DNA of 64,000 bases from Spirochaetia bacterium (GTDB lineage: Bacteria; Spirochaetota; Spirochaetia; DSM-2461), in NCBI GenBank assembly GCA_963668315.1, contig OY764216.1, forward strand, positions 4,736,001-4,800,000, in the 5' to 3' direction. The notes under the pieces were generated by a model. It searched no databases. It had not been told where the DNA came from and saw nothing but the letters and a program-made list of their open reading frames with translations. Shown in pieces: positions 50,237 to 60,193 of the stretch (position 1 is its first letter; each line of letters starts with the position of its first letter). The translations under genes were made by a program, and so were the position numbers.

Positions 50237-50947
50237 ATGCTGGTCAAGGCTGATTTTCATATACACTCCTGCCTCTCCCCCTGCGGAGATCTTTCCATGG
50301 CTCCCCGGGACATAGCCGGAACAGCCCGGGAAAAGGGCCTCGACATTATAGCCCTCACCGACCACAACACGGCGCTGAACTGCCCCGCCTTCAGGGAGGC
50401 CTGCATCGGTTTCGGACTTTATCCCCTCTTCGGCATGGAGGTGACCACATCGGAGGAACTCCACTGCCTGGCCCTTTTCAGCAAGGTCGAGGAAGCCCTG
50501 GCATTCGGAGAACGGATAGCAGCCTGCTACCGCGGCCCCGTCAACATTCCGGAAAAGTTCGGCGATCAGATCTATCTGGATGAGGAGGAAAATATACTGG
50601 GCGAAGTGGAAGTCAACCTGGCCCAGGGAGCCACCGACCTGAGCCTTACCGGCCTGGGATCTCTTATCCGATCAGCCGGCGGTCTCTTCATTCCCGCCCA
50701 TATCGACCGCCCCTCCTACAGCATTGCGAGCCAGCTGGGCTTTCTTCCCCCCGATGACTATCATGCCCTGGAAGTGACTCTGCCCCGCCCTCATATAGGG
50801 ACCGGCTCCTATCCACTGACAGCCGGTTCAGACGCCCATTATCCCGAAGATATCGGCAGGCGCTATACTCTTCTGGAAGTGAGGGAACTCTCTTTTCACG
50901 GAATCGCCGATGCCCTCCCGGGGGGAAAAACTTTTTTTTCCCGGTAA
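50237..50947 (+). CDS. PHP-domain phosphoesterase
   Basis: DFHIHSCLSPC, TDHN, GMEVTT.EE.H, PAHIDR, SDAH. Confidence 0.9.
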   Translation: MLVKADFHIHSCLSPCGDLSMAPRDIAGTAREKGLDIIALTDHNTALNCPAFREACIGFGLYPLFGMEVTTSEELHCLALFSKVEEALAFGERIAACYRGPVNIPEKFGDQIYLDEEENILGEVEVNLAQGATDLSLTGLGSLIRSAGGLFIPAHIDRPSYSIASQLGFLPPDDYHALEVTLPRPHIGTGSYPLTAGSDAHYPEDIGRRYTLLEVRELSFHGIADALPGGKTFFSR

Positions 50948-51085
50948 CAATCTCTGATTATCCGATTGTTATACAGAGTAAGGGAAAGGGTTAAAATGAC
51001 AGAATATTTTTAATGTTTTTGTTTTTTCTCCCTTAATGTTTTATAATATAAGTGATTGTTAAATCGCTAAAGGAGTCTAATAACA

Positions 51086-51682
51086 ATGAAGAAATTAGTA
51101 GTTTTGCTATTTACTGCGGCTATCGTCTTCGGATTCGCATCCTGCGGTTCCGAACCGGAGAATTCCGGTGATACGGCGGTCGACACGAAAGGACTGGACG
51201 TTCCCGACTGGTTTCTCGTTCCCCCCCAGGCTGACGATATGATTTACGGTATCGGTGTTGATACAAGATCCGATATGGCCAGAGCCAAAGATATTGCGGC
51301 TTCACGGGCAAGAGCAGACATAGCCAAACAGCTCAGTGTCACCGTAGAAACCATGCTCACCGACTACTTTCAGGAAGCCGGCGAAGGGGATAATACCCAG
51401 GCTATCGAAATGATCGAATCGATCACCAAGGAAGTGGCCGAAGTAGACCTTAAGAATGCGATTCTCAAGGAAACCTACCCCGTACTCGAGAAAAACGGCG
51501 AATATACCATGTATGTTCTGGTTGAATACGACAAGACCAAGGCCGTAGAGGAAGAGGTAGCTCAGATTTTCCAGAGAAATGAAAGCGCCGCCTTTGCCGA
51601 GTTCAAATCCCAGCAGGCTCTGGAAAGACTGAACGCAGAACTGGATAACAATCCCCCCAGTTCCACGGCTAACGCAGAATAG
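51086..51682 (+). CDS. LPP20-like lipoprotein
   Basis: Lipobox FASC, VPDWF..P, A..RARADIAKQL; AAGGAG SD. Confidence 0.78.
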   Translation: MKKLVVLLFTAAIVFGFASCGSEPENSGDTAVDTKGLDVPDWFLVPPQADDMIYGIGVDTRSDMARAKDIAASRARADIAKQLSVTVETMLTDYFQEAGEGDNTQAIEMIESITKEVAEVDLKNAILKETYPVLEKNGEYTMYVLVEYDKTKAVEEEVAQIFQRNESAAFAEFKSQQALERLNAELDNNPPSSTANAE

Positions 51683-51699
51683 GAGCAACGGACCGGTCT

Positions 51700-52770
51700 A
51701 TGATGAAAAGAATATCGATTTTTCTGCTGACAATTTTCTCTCTGGCAGGTCTGGCTGCCCAGTCGGACATAAAGGGAGAGATTATCTATCTTGAGGGAGA
51801 AGTCAATATCTCCCGAAAAGGGGAGATGCTTCCTTTCAACGAAGTTGATATGGGCCTTCTCCTGGAAGAGGAAGACGTCATCAAGACCGGTTTCGACGGT
51901 TATATGGAAATTGAGCTGACTTATCCCGGTCAGGGGAGTCTGCTCAAGGTCCAGCCCGATACGGTTTTCTACTTTGATAAAAGGGAAAATTCGGGAAGAA
52001 GCACTGCCCGGGTCAATCTTCTGGGCGGTTCAATCGGGCTGAAAGTCAGTAAACTGACCAGCAACGAAAGCATGAACGTGGAAACCCAGTCGGCGGTCAT
52101 GGGAATTCGGGGAACCGAATTCGATGTCAATCGGGCCGTCACGGGAGAAATACTGGTAACATGCGATGAAGGAAAAGTCTCCTGCGCCACTCCGGCGATG
52201 GAAACCTTCTCCCTGCCGGGGACTGTCTGTCTTCAGGACGACGGCAAGGATTTCGTCAATGACAATGTCTCCGTGGCTGATCTGGATAACTACAGGAACA
52301 GATGGTGGAGTGCCCGCATGGAAGCATTGACGACCCTCGGTCCTCTGTCTGTGGAGTACTATACGGGTCGGTTCGACAGCCAGATCATACTTTTTGACAG
52401 TGCCTGGGACGAATTGGAAGACAACGACATGCTCTTTAAAGAGTATGAGTCCATACTGGCCGACGGAAGCACCCCCTCCCGGGCAAAAGCAACCCGGGAT
52501 AAAATGACACTCACGTCATCTGTCATCAAAATGCGATCCGCCCTTCCTCTTATGGAAGAAGTGTTCTACACCCTTCAGCTTTTGAAAGAGTACCAGAGCC
52601 GAAACGTCTTTGACGGAGACAGCCGGGACTTCCGGGAATTCAGCAAAAGAGAGGCCTCTCTGGAAAGCCGCCTGGTTCAGGCCCGTTATTACCTTTCCCT
52701 TTACGGAAAAGTATCAGCCTTTGCCGCAGGGGGAAACAATTCCACCCTGAACAGCATGCTTTCCAATTAA
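51700..52770 (+). CDS. FecR-domain exported protein
   Basis: Signal peptide, YLEGEV, DVIKTG.DG, AVMGIRGTEF, EGKV. Confidence 0.8.
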   Translation: MMKRISIFLLTIFSLAGLAAQSDIKGEIIYLEGEVNISRKGEMLPFNEVDMGLLLEEEDVIKTGFDGYMEIELTYPGQGSLLKVQPDTVFYFDKRENSGRSTARVNLLGGSIGLKVSKLTSNESMNVETQSAVMGIRGTEFDVNRAVTGEILVTCDEGKVSCATPAMETFSLPGTVCLQDDGKDFVNDNVSVADLDNYRNRWWSARMEALTTLGPLSVEYYTGRFDSQIILFDSAWDELEDNDMLFKEYESILADGSTPSRAKATRDKMTLTSSVIKMRSALPLMEEVFYTLQLLKEYQSRNVFDGDSRDFREFSKREASLESRLVQARYYLSLYGKVSAFAAGGNNSTLNSMLSN

Positions 52771-52790
52771 CACCGGGAACGCGGTTCGGG

Positions 52791-53900
52791 CTAAACGTTA
52801 AACTTGAAGAACATGACATCCCCGTCCTGAACGAGGTATTCCTTTCCTTCCATACGGAGCTTACCCGCCGCTTTGATCGCCTGTTCGCTGCCCGCTTCAA
52901 AGAGATCGCTGCAGTGGTAGACGTCGGCTTTTATGAAGCCCCTTTCAAAATCGGTATGGATAACACCCGCCGTCTGGGGGGCTTTCATTCCCGCTTTAAA
53001 CGTCCAGGCCTTGTTCTCCTTGCCTCCGGCGGTAAAAAAAGTTCTGAGTCCCAGAGTATGGTAGACCTTACGGATAAGCCTGGATAATCCCGATTCCTCA
53101 ATACCGGCTTCTTCCAGAAAGACAGCCCTCTCCTCCGGATCGTCCAGAGCGGCTATATCCGCTTCCAGCTGTCCACAGAGCACGACCACATCGGCATTCT
53201 CGGCTTCGGCTATTTTCCTGACGGCTTCCACATAGGTATTTTCTCCCGAAAGACCGTCTTCATCGACATTACAGACATAAATCTGCTTTTTCATGGTAAT
53301 AAGATGAAGATCATACAAGAGCTGCTCTTCATCCTCGGTCATTTCCATGGAACGGGACGAGCGCCCTTCGGACAACTCCCCCTTCAGCCTTTCAAGAAGA
53401 GGAACCATAGCCAAAGCTTTCGCCCGGACCTGCTTATCCCCGCTGCGGGAATTTCTTTCGTTGGAGGCGATTCTCTTCTCCACCGTTGCCAGATCGGCCA
53501 GGGCCAGTTCAATATTAATCGTTTCGATGTCATTGACCGGATCAATCCGGTTGGCGACATGGATGATATCGGGATTCTCAAAACATCTCACCACATGGGC
53601 GATGATACCCGTTTCCCTGATATTAGCCAGGAACTTATTTCCCAGTCCCTCACCTTGGGAAGCCCCTTTAACGAGACCGGCGATATCCACGAATTCCACC
53701 GTGGCGGGGATTTTCTTCTCCGCTTGGATGATCGTATGGATCTTATCCAGCCTTTCGTCGGGGACGTTGACAATCCCCACATTGGGATCGATCGTGCAAA
53801 AGGGATAGTTCGCCGCTTCCGCCGGAGCCGACGTGAGGGCTGAAAAAATAGTGGATTTTCCCACATTGGGTAATCCGACAATTCCGCAATTCAAAGCCAT
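52791..53900 (-). CDS. ychF: Redox-regulated ATPase YchF
   Basis: GIVGLPNVGKST, NYPFCTIDPN, DIAGLV, IHTDFERGFI, EGKEY.VQDGD. Confidence 0.97.
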   Translation of the reverse strand: MALNCGIVGLPNVGKSTIFSALTSAPAEAANYPFCTIDPNVGIVNVPDERLDKIHTIIQAEKKIPATVEFVDIAGLVKGASQGEGLGNKFLANIRETGIIAHVVRCFENPDIIHVANRIDPVNDIETINIELALADLATVEKRIASNERNSRSGDKQVRAKALAMVPLLERLKGELSEGRSSRSMEMTEDEEQLLYDLHLITMKKQIYVCNVDEDGLSGENTYVEAVRKIAEAENADVVVLCGQLEADIAALDDPEERAVFLEEAGIEESGLSRLIRKVYHTLGLRTFFTAGGKENKAWTFKAGMKAPQTAGVIHTDFERGFIKADVYHCSDLFEAGSEQAIKAAGKLRMEGKEYLVQDGDVMFFKFNV

Positions 53901-53911
53901 ATATTTTACCT

Positions 53912-54094
53912 TTACCTTTCAGAGTAATTTTTCGGAGTAAACTTCGGACAGGGTTGACCGGTAGCCTTAAGAACCTCCTGGGAGGGACTCCCCGCCGTCT
54001 TAAATCCGAAAAGACGGCAGCCGTGGGGAAAAGTTCTGTCCCAGGTCACATAATAGTGGGAACATTTAAGGCAGTCAAATATCCTCTTCTCCAT
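53912..54094 (-). CDS. Small Cys-rich conserved protein (putative metal-binding)
   Basis: CLKC.HYYVTWD..PHGC..FGFK..PS..C pattern; fits between two co-oriented genes. Confidence 0.72.
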   Translation of the reverse strand: MEKRIFDCLKCSHYYVTWDRTFPHGCRLFGFKTAGSPSQEVLKATGQPCPKFTPKNYSER

Positions 54095-54107
54095 GTATGT
54101 TCCAAAG

Positions 54108-55646
54108 TCAGCCCTTCAGAGAATACTGCAGAAGCTGAACGAAATGGTAGAGCTGTTTATATATTTCGGTCATATAGCCCTCGATATGATTATCGCTCCG
54201 GGCATCCAGTTCCTTCCAGTTGATAATCACTTGGTGATTTACAACTTTATAATCCTCGATTAGCTGCTTGAGCATTTTTCCCAGGGAGATAAATCCGGCG
54301 GAAGATTTCTTGATAAGCCTGAGCGCCTCGTCATTAATCTCGCCCACCACCGTGGCCAGACTGTTCTGGGAAGTCCTGTCCTGAACACTCGCCATGCGCA
54401 GATAACGTTTGAGACGGATTCCGCCGTTGGCGTCCTCGGCCAGTTCGTTATCAAAGGCCACCACCTGATCGGCCACATCCATGAGCTGGTGGTATATCTC
54501 GGAAAACTGCTGGGATGTGACATTGGTCGTCCACTTGCCTTCAATGAGCAGAATGTCTATCAGGTTCCGGACTTTTCCTTTGTATGTATCCAGAAAAAAA
54601 GCTTTCAGGTAATTCATACCGTCCACATGGGCAAATCCGTCCACTCCTTTTTTGGAGAAGTTGATATTTGCTTTATCGGTGTAGTACTGAGTCCTGGAAA
54701 CGGCGGTCGTTCCGAAAACCATTTTCACCTGGGCTTCTATCTGGCTGATTTTCTTCTCTTTGAGAAGGGCCTGCAGGATTCTTTCCACCTCTGTCTTCTT
54801 CTTGTCCAGGTAGGATTCCACAATCTCCTCGGAGTGTCCCAGACGCATGACCTTATAGTAGGGATCTTCACTCAGATGCATGATGATCAGATTGAAAACC
54901 CGGCTTTTCCTAACGTCTTCACAGCTTCGAAGAAGTTTTTTCCAGGTGGAGGCGGGAAGAAGTTCCATATCCCTGTACTTCTTCATGATCTCAAAAATGA
55001 CACCCCAGTTCGTCTTCGAATCGATGGGTTCAAGTACGGTCAGAAAATCCTTGAGATCCTCCAGAACATATTCGCCATTAATCGCTTCGAAGCGGGGAGA
55101 ATAGACATAGTCGCCCTCGGGCAGGCTGGAATCGAATTTTTTAAGAAAAAAGTAATAATCGTAACCGGCAAAATCCATAAAGGACAAAAAGTAATTGTAA
55201 AGGGCGTTGATAAGCCGTATGCGGTTGCTGTCGAAGAGACTGAAAAGCTGAACCAGATCCCTTTTTATCTCCTCCCGGAGTATTTTGAGGTCCGTCGTTT
55301 TGGCCCTCTCCCGGATTGCCGTTTCGGAAAGCCTCTCGTCAAGGAGAAGATCCTCCTCCTTCATACCCATCTGTATAAAGGAGACTTTAAGAAGGTCGGA
55401 ACTGATATAGGGAGAAAAGAGGGTATAGACAGGGCCGAGGACCTTGTATAAGTCATAGAAGAAACGGGCCATCTGGGGCTGAGCCATATTTCCGCCGGTC
55501 TTGAAGAATTTCCCCGTCCGCTTGAGCTCTTTTCGGATATCCTTGAGAAGTCTCTTTTTCTCCCGGTCGCCCCCCTCTCCCAGGATACCGCCGAGAAGCT
55601 TCTGAAGAATTCCGACGATTCCGCCGGAGCTGTTATCTGAACTCAT
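54108..55646 (-). CDS. Conserved spirochaete hypothetical protein (DUF5312-like)
   Basis: EKKRLLKDI.K.L, DYYFFLKKFDS..P.F, IINWKEL pattern; helical protein. Confidence 0.65.
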   Translation of the reverse strand: MSSDNSSGGIVGILQKLLGGILGEGGDREKKRLLKDIRKELKRTGKFFKTGGNMAQPQMARFFYDLYKVLGPVYTLFSPYISSDLLKVSFIQMGMKEEDLLLDERLSETAIRERAKTTDLKILREEIKRDLVQLFSLFDSNRIRLINALYNYFLSFMDFAGYDYYFFLKKFDSSLPEGDYVYSPRFEAINGEYVLEDLKDFLTVLEPIDSKTNWGVIFEIMKKYRDMELLPASTWKKLLRSCEDVRKSRVFNLIIMHLSEDPYYKVMRLGHSEEIVESYLDKKKTEVERILQALLKEKKISQIEAQVKMVFGTTAVSRTQYYTDKANINFSKKGVDGFAHVDGMNYLKAFFLDTYKGKVRNLIDILLIEGKWTTNVTSQQFSEIYHQLMDVADQVVAFDNELAEDANGGIRLKRYLRMASVQDRTSQNSLATVVGEINDEALRLIKKSSAGFISLGKMLKQLIEDYKVVNHQVIINWKELDARSDNHIEGYMTEIYKQLYHFVQLLQYSLKG

Positions 55647-56131
55647 CGAATCAGCCCCGGATTGGTGGAAGTGAGAAGCATGCCCACATCCTTCAGTTCC
55701 TTGATGGTTCCGTAGAGGGCGGGCCGTCTTCTGGACTCTTTCTCCTTGTCGTAAGCCACGGTCTTCACATAGAGATCATTGGCCATATCGGCCATAATAT
55801 TCAGATTGTTGGACATATTGTCCACGGCCATTCTGTCTTGAATGGCGCCGTTCCTGCCCACAAGAGATTTAGCCCTCGGCTCCGCAATGGTTCTGGCCTG
55901 ATAAATGAACTGGGCCAGACCGATTATTCCCATGTAAAGATCGTCCAGGCTGTAACCGTCTGCCCGGGACTGCTCGCTGTAATTTAGCAGAACATCAAAA
56001 TAATGCCTGTAAGAGTAGCCCACTTCCACTTCGCTCAATGTATTGCGTATAAAGCGGTTGCTTTCGAGAATCTTATAGTGATTCGATAAATTCTCAATCA
56101 GATTTAATATCTCGTAGCTCTTGACGATCAA
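55643..56131 (-). CDS. Hypothetical protein
   Basis: GAGGAG SD before TTG; overlaps the next start (ATGA). Confidence 0.65.
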   Translation of the reverse strand: MIVKSYEILNLIENLSNHYKILESNRFIRNTLSEVEVGYSYRHYFDVLLNYSEQSRADGYSLDDLYMGIIGLAQFIYQARTIAEPRAKSLVGRNGAIQDRMAVDNMSNNLNIMADMANDLYVKTVAYDKEKESRRRPALYGTIKELKDVGMLLTSTNPGLIR

Positions 56132-56187
56132 TGAAGCTCTCCTCGTTTTAAATACCCATTTAATACTATGCTATCAATTTGATTTTA

Positions 56188-57102
56188 TCAAGCCTTTTTC
56201 CCCTGATAACTCCCCCGCTCATTAAGGAGTTCCACCGTTCTGCGGGACACTTCCGACTTATTTAAAAAAACACCGGGCACACTGTTGCGCGGCGAGGGAG
56301 TATCGGTGGTCAGGCGCATGATAACCGTATCCTCATCCAGCCTTTCCAGGGCATCGGCCAGATAGGTGATATGCCTGAGAGATCCGGGGAAAGTCAGCTC
56401 CCCCAGCCTGTATTCCCTGTACAGGGGAGAACGGGAGGGGATATGGAGGTTGTGAAACTTCACCGCTTCGGGACGCAGGGCGTTCACCGACCGGACCGTT
56501 TCCATCATCATGGCGCGATCCTCACCGGGAAGGCCGAGGATAAGGTGGACGGCCCTTTTTATGCCCCTCTCCCGTAGAAGTTCATCGGCCCGGTAGAACT
56601 CTTCCGGCCCGTGCCCCCTGTTGATTCTTTCCAGGGTGGAGGGATGAATCGACTGGAGTCCCAGCTCCACCCACACATCGAATCCGGGGCGCATATAGGA
56701 CGCCAGGAGATCGGCCTTCTCCTCATCCAGGCAGTCGGGCCTTGTGGAGACGATCAGCTCGGAAAAATCGTAGCACCCCAGTCCCTTGTCATAAAGGGCT
56801 TTCAAGTCGTCCGTTTTTCCGTAAGTACTCGTATAGGCCTGGAAATAGAGCATGAAGACTTCGGCCTTATACCGTTTTTTCATGGCTCCCAGGGAACGGC
56901 GTATCTGCCCTTCCAGCGATAGGTCGCCCTCCCCCACATAGGCGGAGCGGGATCCGAAGGGATCGCAGTAGGAACAGCCGCCCCGGCTCCGGTCCGAATC
57001 CCTGTTGGGACAGGTAAACCCTCCGTCTACCCCCACACGGTAGGCCGGTCTGCCGTATTTCTCTCTGAGATAGGCCGAATATGATCTGTACGGATTTTTC
57101 AC
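56188..57102 (-). CDS. Radical SAM protein, TIGR01212/YhcC family
   Basis: GFTCPNRD..GGCSYC, YFQAYT.TY, TRPDC, ELGLQS, HLILGLPGE, VKFHNL. Confidence 0.9.
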   Translation of the reverse strand: MKNPYRSYSAYLREKYGRPAYRVGVDGGFTCPNRDSDRSRGGCSYCDPFGSRSAYVGEGDLSLEGQIRRSLGAMKKRYKAEVFMLYFQAYTSTYGKTDDLKALYDKGLGCYDFSELIVSTRPDCLDEEKADLLASYMRPGFDVWVELGLQSIHPSTLERINRGHGPEEFYRADELLRERGIKRAVHLILGLPGEDRAMMMETVRSVNALRPEAVKFHNLHIPSRSPLYREYRLGELTFPGSLRHITYLADALERLDEDTVIMRLTTDTPSPRNSVPGVFLNKSEVSRRTVELLNERGSYQGKKA

Positions 57103-57183
57103 CCTGACATTATGGTGGTTAGGCCCGTGAAGGGCAAGACTCTCAGCCTTGAATCAACGGGACAATCGGGATATATTAGGATC

Positions 57184-58368
57184 ATGCTGAGAAAAATGCT
57201 CTTTCTGCCCCTAATCGCCCTGTTATTCTCCTGCTCGGATAAGGGCTATTCCCTTCTGACCGTACTGACCGATCAGAAGGATATGATACTTATATCGGAA
57301 TACTACAACAGCATTCAGAATAAGAGCCGGATTCGTCTCATCTACGACGATTATATCTCTCTCGAGGATATCCTGACCCACGAACCGGATCTGGTCATCG
57401 GGAAGGATATGAACAATCCCCTCTTCTATGAGCGCTTCCTTCCCCTGACGCCACCGGAAGGAATCTATCCTGTCCTCACCGGCGAAAAGGACGAAAAGGG
57501 CCGGACGGGCCTTCTTCCTCTGGCCTTCGACATGCCCCTTATCGTCTACTCGCGGGATCAGAGGGACATCCCCTTCATGATGACTGGAGACGACCTGAAA
57601 GAAGAGGGCTCCGAGAGAAACCGGGAGGAGGAATCCCGCTTCACCCACATGGGCTTTTCCCCCTTATGGGAAGGAAAATTTCTTTACTGGTACATGAAGT
57701 CCCTGAATATTTCTTTCTATAAAGACGGGGAGTTTCAGTACGACCAGGACAGGCTGGATGAAGGGATCAATGCCATCCGCGCCTGGGTGGACGATGAAAA
57801 CGGAGGCATGGAGAAGGAAAAGGCCTTCTCCGATAAATACCGGTATATACCCGACTACAAGCTGCTCGAGAAGGGTGTCATTGATTTCTCCGCCATGACC
57901 TTTTCCGAATACTCCGCCCTGCCCGGTAAGGAAACCGCCCGCCTGACCTACTCATGGTTCGGAGACGGGGAGCATATCAGCCCGGCCGATTGTCTATACG
58001 GGGGGATCGTCAGCGAATCGGAGAACGAAGAGGCAAGCCGTGATTTCCTCTACTGGCTCCTTTCCGAGGAGGGGCAGATTGAATTGATCCATTATAAGGG
58101 TGTGGTCAGTCCCGGATTCGCCCTGTTCGACCGTTTCAGCTCCCTGGAAAGAATCAACAGACTGTTTCTGCCCCAGACTTTTTCCGACAAACTGGGCGGA
58201 CGGGTTTTTATGTCAGAACAGCTCGGCCCTCCCCTCCTTGAACCGGAGAACTGGAGCGCCGTGAAAAAGGACGTTATTTTTCCCTGGATGGAAGAAACGC
58301 TATGGGAAAACAGCGCTCTTACCCTTGCGTCCTATTACAGGGAGTGGCAGCTCCACTTTATCGATTAA
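57184..58368 (+). CDS. Lipoprotein, extracellular solute-binding-protein-like
   Basis: Lipobox LFSC; PDLVIG, LLPLAFDMP, FLYWLLSEEGQ. Confidence 0.7.
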   Translation: MLRKMLFLPLIALLFSCSDKGYSLLTVLTDQKDMILISEYYNSIQNKSRIRLIYDDYISLEDILTHEPDLVIGKDMNNPLFYERFLPLTPPEGIYPVLTGEKDEKGRTGLLPLAFDMPLIVYSRDQRDIPFMMTGDDLKEEGSERNREEESRFTHMGFSPLWEGKFLYWYMKSLNISFYKDGEFQYDQDRLDEGINAIRAWVDDENGGMEKEKAFSDKYRYIPDYKLLEKGVIDFSAMTFSEYSALPGKETARLTYSWFGDGEHISPADCLYGGIVSESENEEASRDFLYWLLSEEGQIELIHYKGVVSPGFALFDRFSSLERINRLFLPQTFSDKLGGRVFMSEQLGPPLLEPENWSAVKKDVIFPWMEETLWENSALTLASYYREWQLHFID

Positions 58369-58416
58369 TTCGTTCTCAGTTGACGCACCGGGGTTTCTTT
58401 CTATAAGATCAGTGTC

Positions 58417-59418
58417 ATGAAAGAAATTACCATGGTAAAGAAAAGAAAGGCCGACGGCGAACCGTGCCGCAAGTGCCGGCAGGTGGAAGAGCAGCTTAAG
58501 GACAGGGGACTCTTTGACAGAATCGACCGGATCGTATGGGCCGATGAAAGGGATCCCCAGTCGGAAGGAATGATTCTGGCCGAAGAGTTCGGGATTGAGA
58601 TAGCCCCTTTCTTTATCGTGAAGGAAGGCCCGGAGGTAAGGCTTTATAAAAGCAGCCTTCAGTTCATCAAGAAAGAACTGGAAACATCGGTCCCTTCGGC
58701 TTCCCCGTCCTCTCTCCCCTCTGCGGGGAATCTGCTTTCCGAACTGACAGGCAAATCACCGGCCACCATCATAGACAGGGCCCTCTCTCTCTTCGGAAGG
58801 GAATGCGCCATCTCTTTCAGCGGGGCGGAGGATGTCGCCCTCATTGAAATGGCCGTCCAAACGGGTAAGCCCTTTACGGTCTTCTCCCTGGATACGGGCC
58901 GCCTTCATCCCGAAACTTACCGTTTTCTCGACAAGGTACGGAAACACTACTCCCTGCCCATCCGCGTCGTATCACCCGAAAGGGAGGAACTGGAAGCTTT
59001 TGTGGAAGAGAAGGGTTTGTACAGTTTTTACGAAGACGGCCACAGAGAGTGCTGTCAGATCAGAAAGGTAAAACCATTGAAACGGGCTCTGGGCGACTAC
59101 CGGGCCTGGATTACCGGTCAGCGCAAAGATCAGAATCCCTCCACCCGGGGGAACCTCGATGTTGTCCAGGAAGACAGCTTTGTCGGAAAAGACGGAAAGG
59201 GGCTCTACAAATTCAATCCTCTGGCCGACTGGTCACAGGCAAAGGTCTGGAGTTTTATCCGTTCCCACGAAGTGCCTTATAACGAACTTCATGACAGGGG
59301 TTATATCTCCATAGGCTGTGAACCCTGCACAAGACCTCAGCAGCCCGGCGAACATGAAAGAGCCAGCCGCTGGTGGTGGGAAGAGGGAACGAAGCGGGAG
59401 TGCGGCCTCCACAAATAG
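58417..59418 (+). CDS. cysH: APS/PAPS reductase with N-terminal redoxin-like domain
   Basis: [45 protein letters not shown]; extra N-terminal region of about 95 aa with CRKC. Confidence 0.9.
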   Translation: MKEITMVKKRKADGEPCRKCRQVEEQLKDRGLFDRIDRIVWADERDPQSEGMILAEEFGIEIAPFFIVKEGPEVRLYKSSLQFIKKELETSVPSASPSSLPSAGNLLSELTGKSPATIIDRALSLFGRECAISFSGAEDVALIEMAVQTGKPFTVFSLDTGRLHPETYRFLDKVRKHYSLPIRVVSPEREELEAFVEEKGLYSFYEDGHRECCQIRKVKPLKRALGDYRAWITGQRKDQNPSTRGNLDVVQEDSFVGKDGKGLYKFNPLADWSQAKVWSFIRSHEVPYNELHDRGYISIGCEPCTRPQQPGEHERASRWWWEEGTKRECGLHK

Positions 59419-59435
59419 CTTATTTGATTGATTTA

Positions 59436-60080
59436 TCAGCGGCCCTCGGTCAGTCTGACCGAAAGAACGGCCAGGCCGCTGGACAGGTCTTCCCTCTGAA
59501 CGATAACATCGTCGGGAACGCGCAGGGTCACGGGACAGAAGTTCCAGATACCCTTGATGCCGGCTTCAACCAGAAGATCGGCCGTTTCCTGTCCCACCGC
59601 TTCGGGTACGGTAATGATACCCATGGTGATTCCCATCCGGTGGACAAGATTCTCCAGCTTATCGAGGGCGAAAACAGTTTTTCCGTGGATTTCCTTGCCG
59701 ACAAGGGCGGGATTGGCGTCAAAGGCGGCGACAATATTCAGCCCGTGCTCGGCGAACCCCCGGAACCCCATGATGGCCGAACCAAGGGCGCCTGCCCCGA
59801 CGAGAACGGCATCGGTGGAGTTGTTCCACCCCAAAAGATCATTAATGGCTTTGATGAGCAGAGGTACTTCAAATCCCAGTCTGGGTTTTCCGGCCAAACC
59901 CGTAAAGGCCAGATCTTTTCTTACCTGAATAGGCTTCAACCCCAGGATATCCGAAAAGTCAGTAGTGGAAATCCATTCCTTACCCTCTTCAAGAAAATCT
60001 CCGGTGACCCGCAGGTAATTGGGCATTCTTCTGATTGTGGGGAGAGGAATTATTTTCTGTATCTGCGAATCTTCACTCAA
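59436..60080 (-). CDS. rex: Redox-sensing transcriptional repressor Rex
   Basis: IP.PTIRRMP.Y, QVRKDL..G..GKP..G, VGAGALG, GIKGIWNF. Confidence 0.93.
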   Translation of the reverse strand: MSEDSQIQKIIPLPTIRRMPNYLRVTGDFLEEGKEWISTTDFSDILGLKPIQVRKDLAFTGLAGKPRLGFEVPLLIKAINDLLGWNNSTDAVLVGAGALGSAIMGFRGFAEHGLNIVAAFDANPALVGKEIHGKTVFALDKLENLVHRMGITMGIITVPEAVGQETADLLVEAGIKGIWNFCPVTLRVPDDVIVQREDLSSGLAVLSVRLTEGR

Positions 60081-60193
60081 GCCGACCGACCTCTTTCGTT
60101 ATAAATATATCTTATTGAGTTATTATGTACTATTTTTTCCAAATAAGAAAGCATTTTTCGTCATAAAAACCAAAAAAGTTTAGCCCTCACGTA

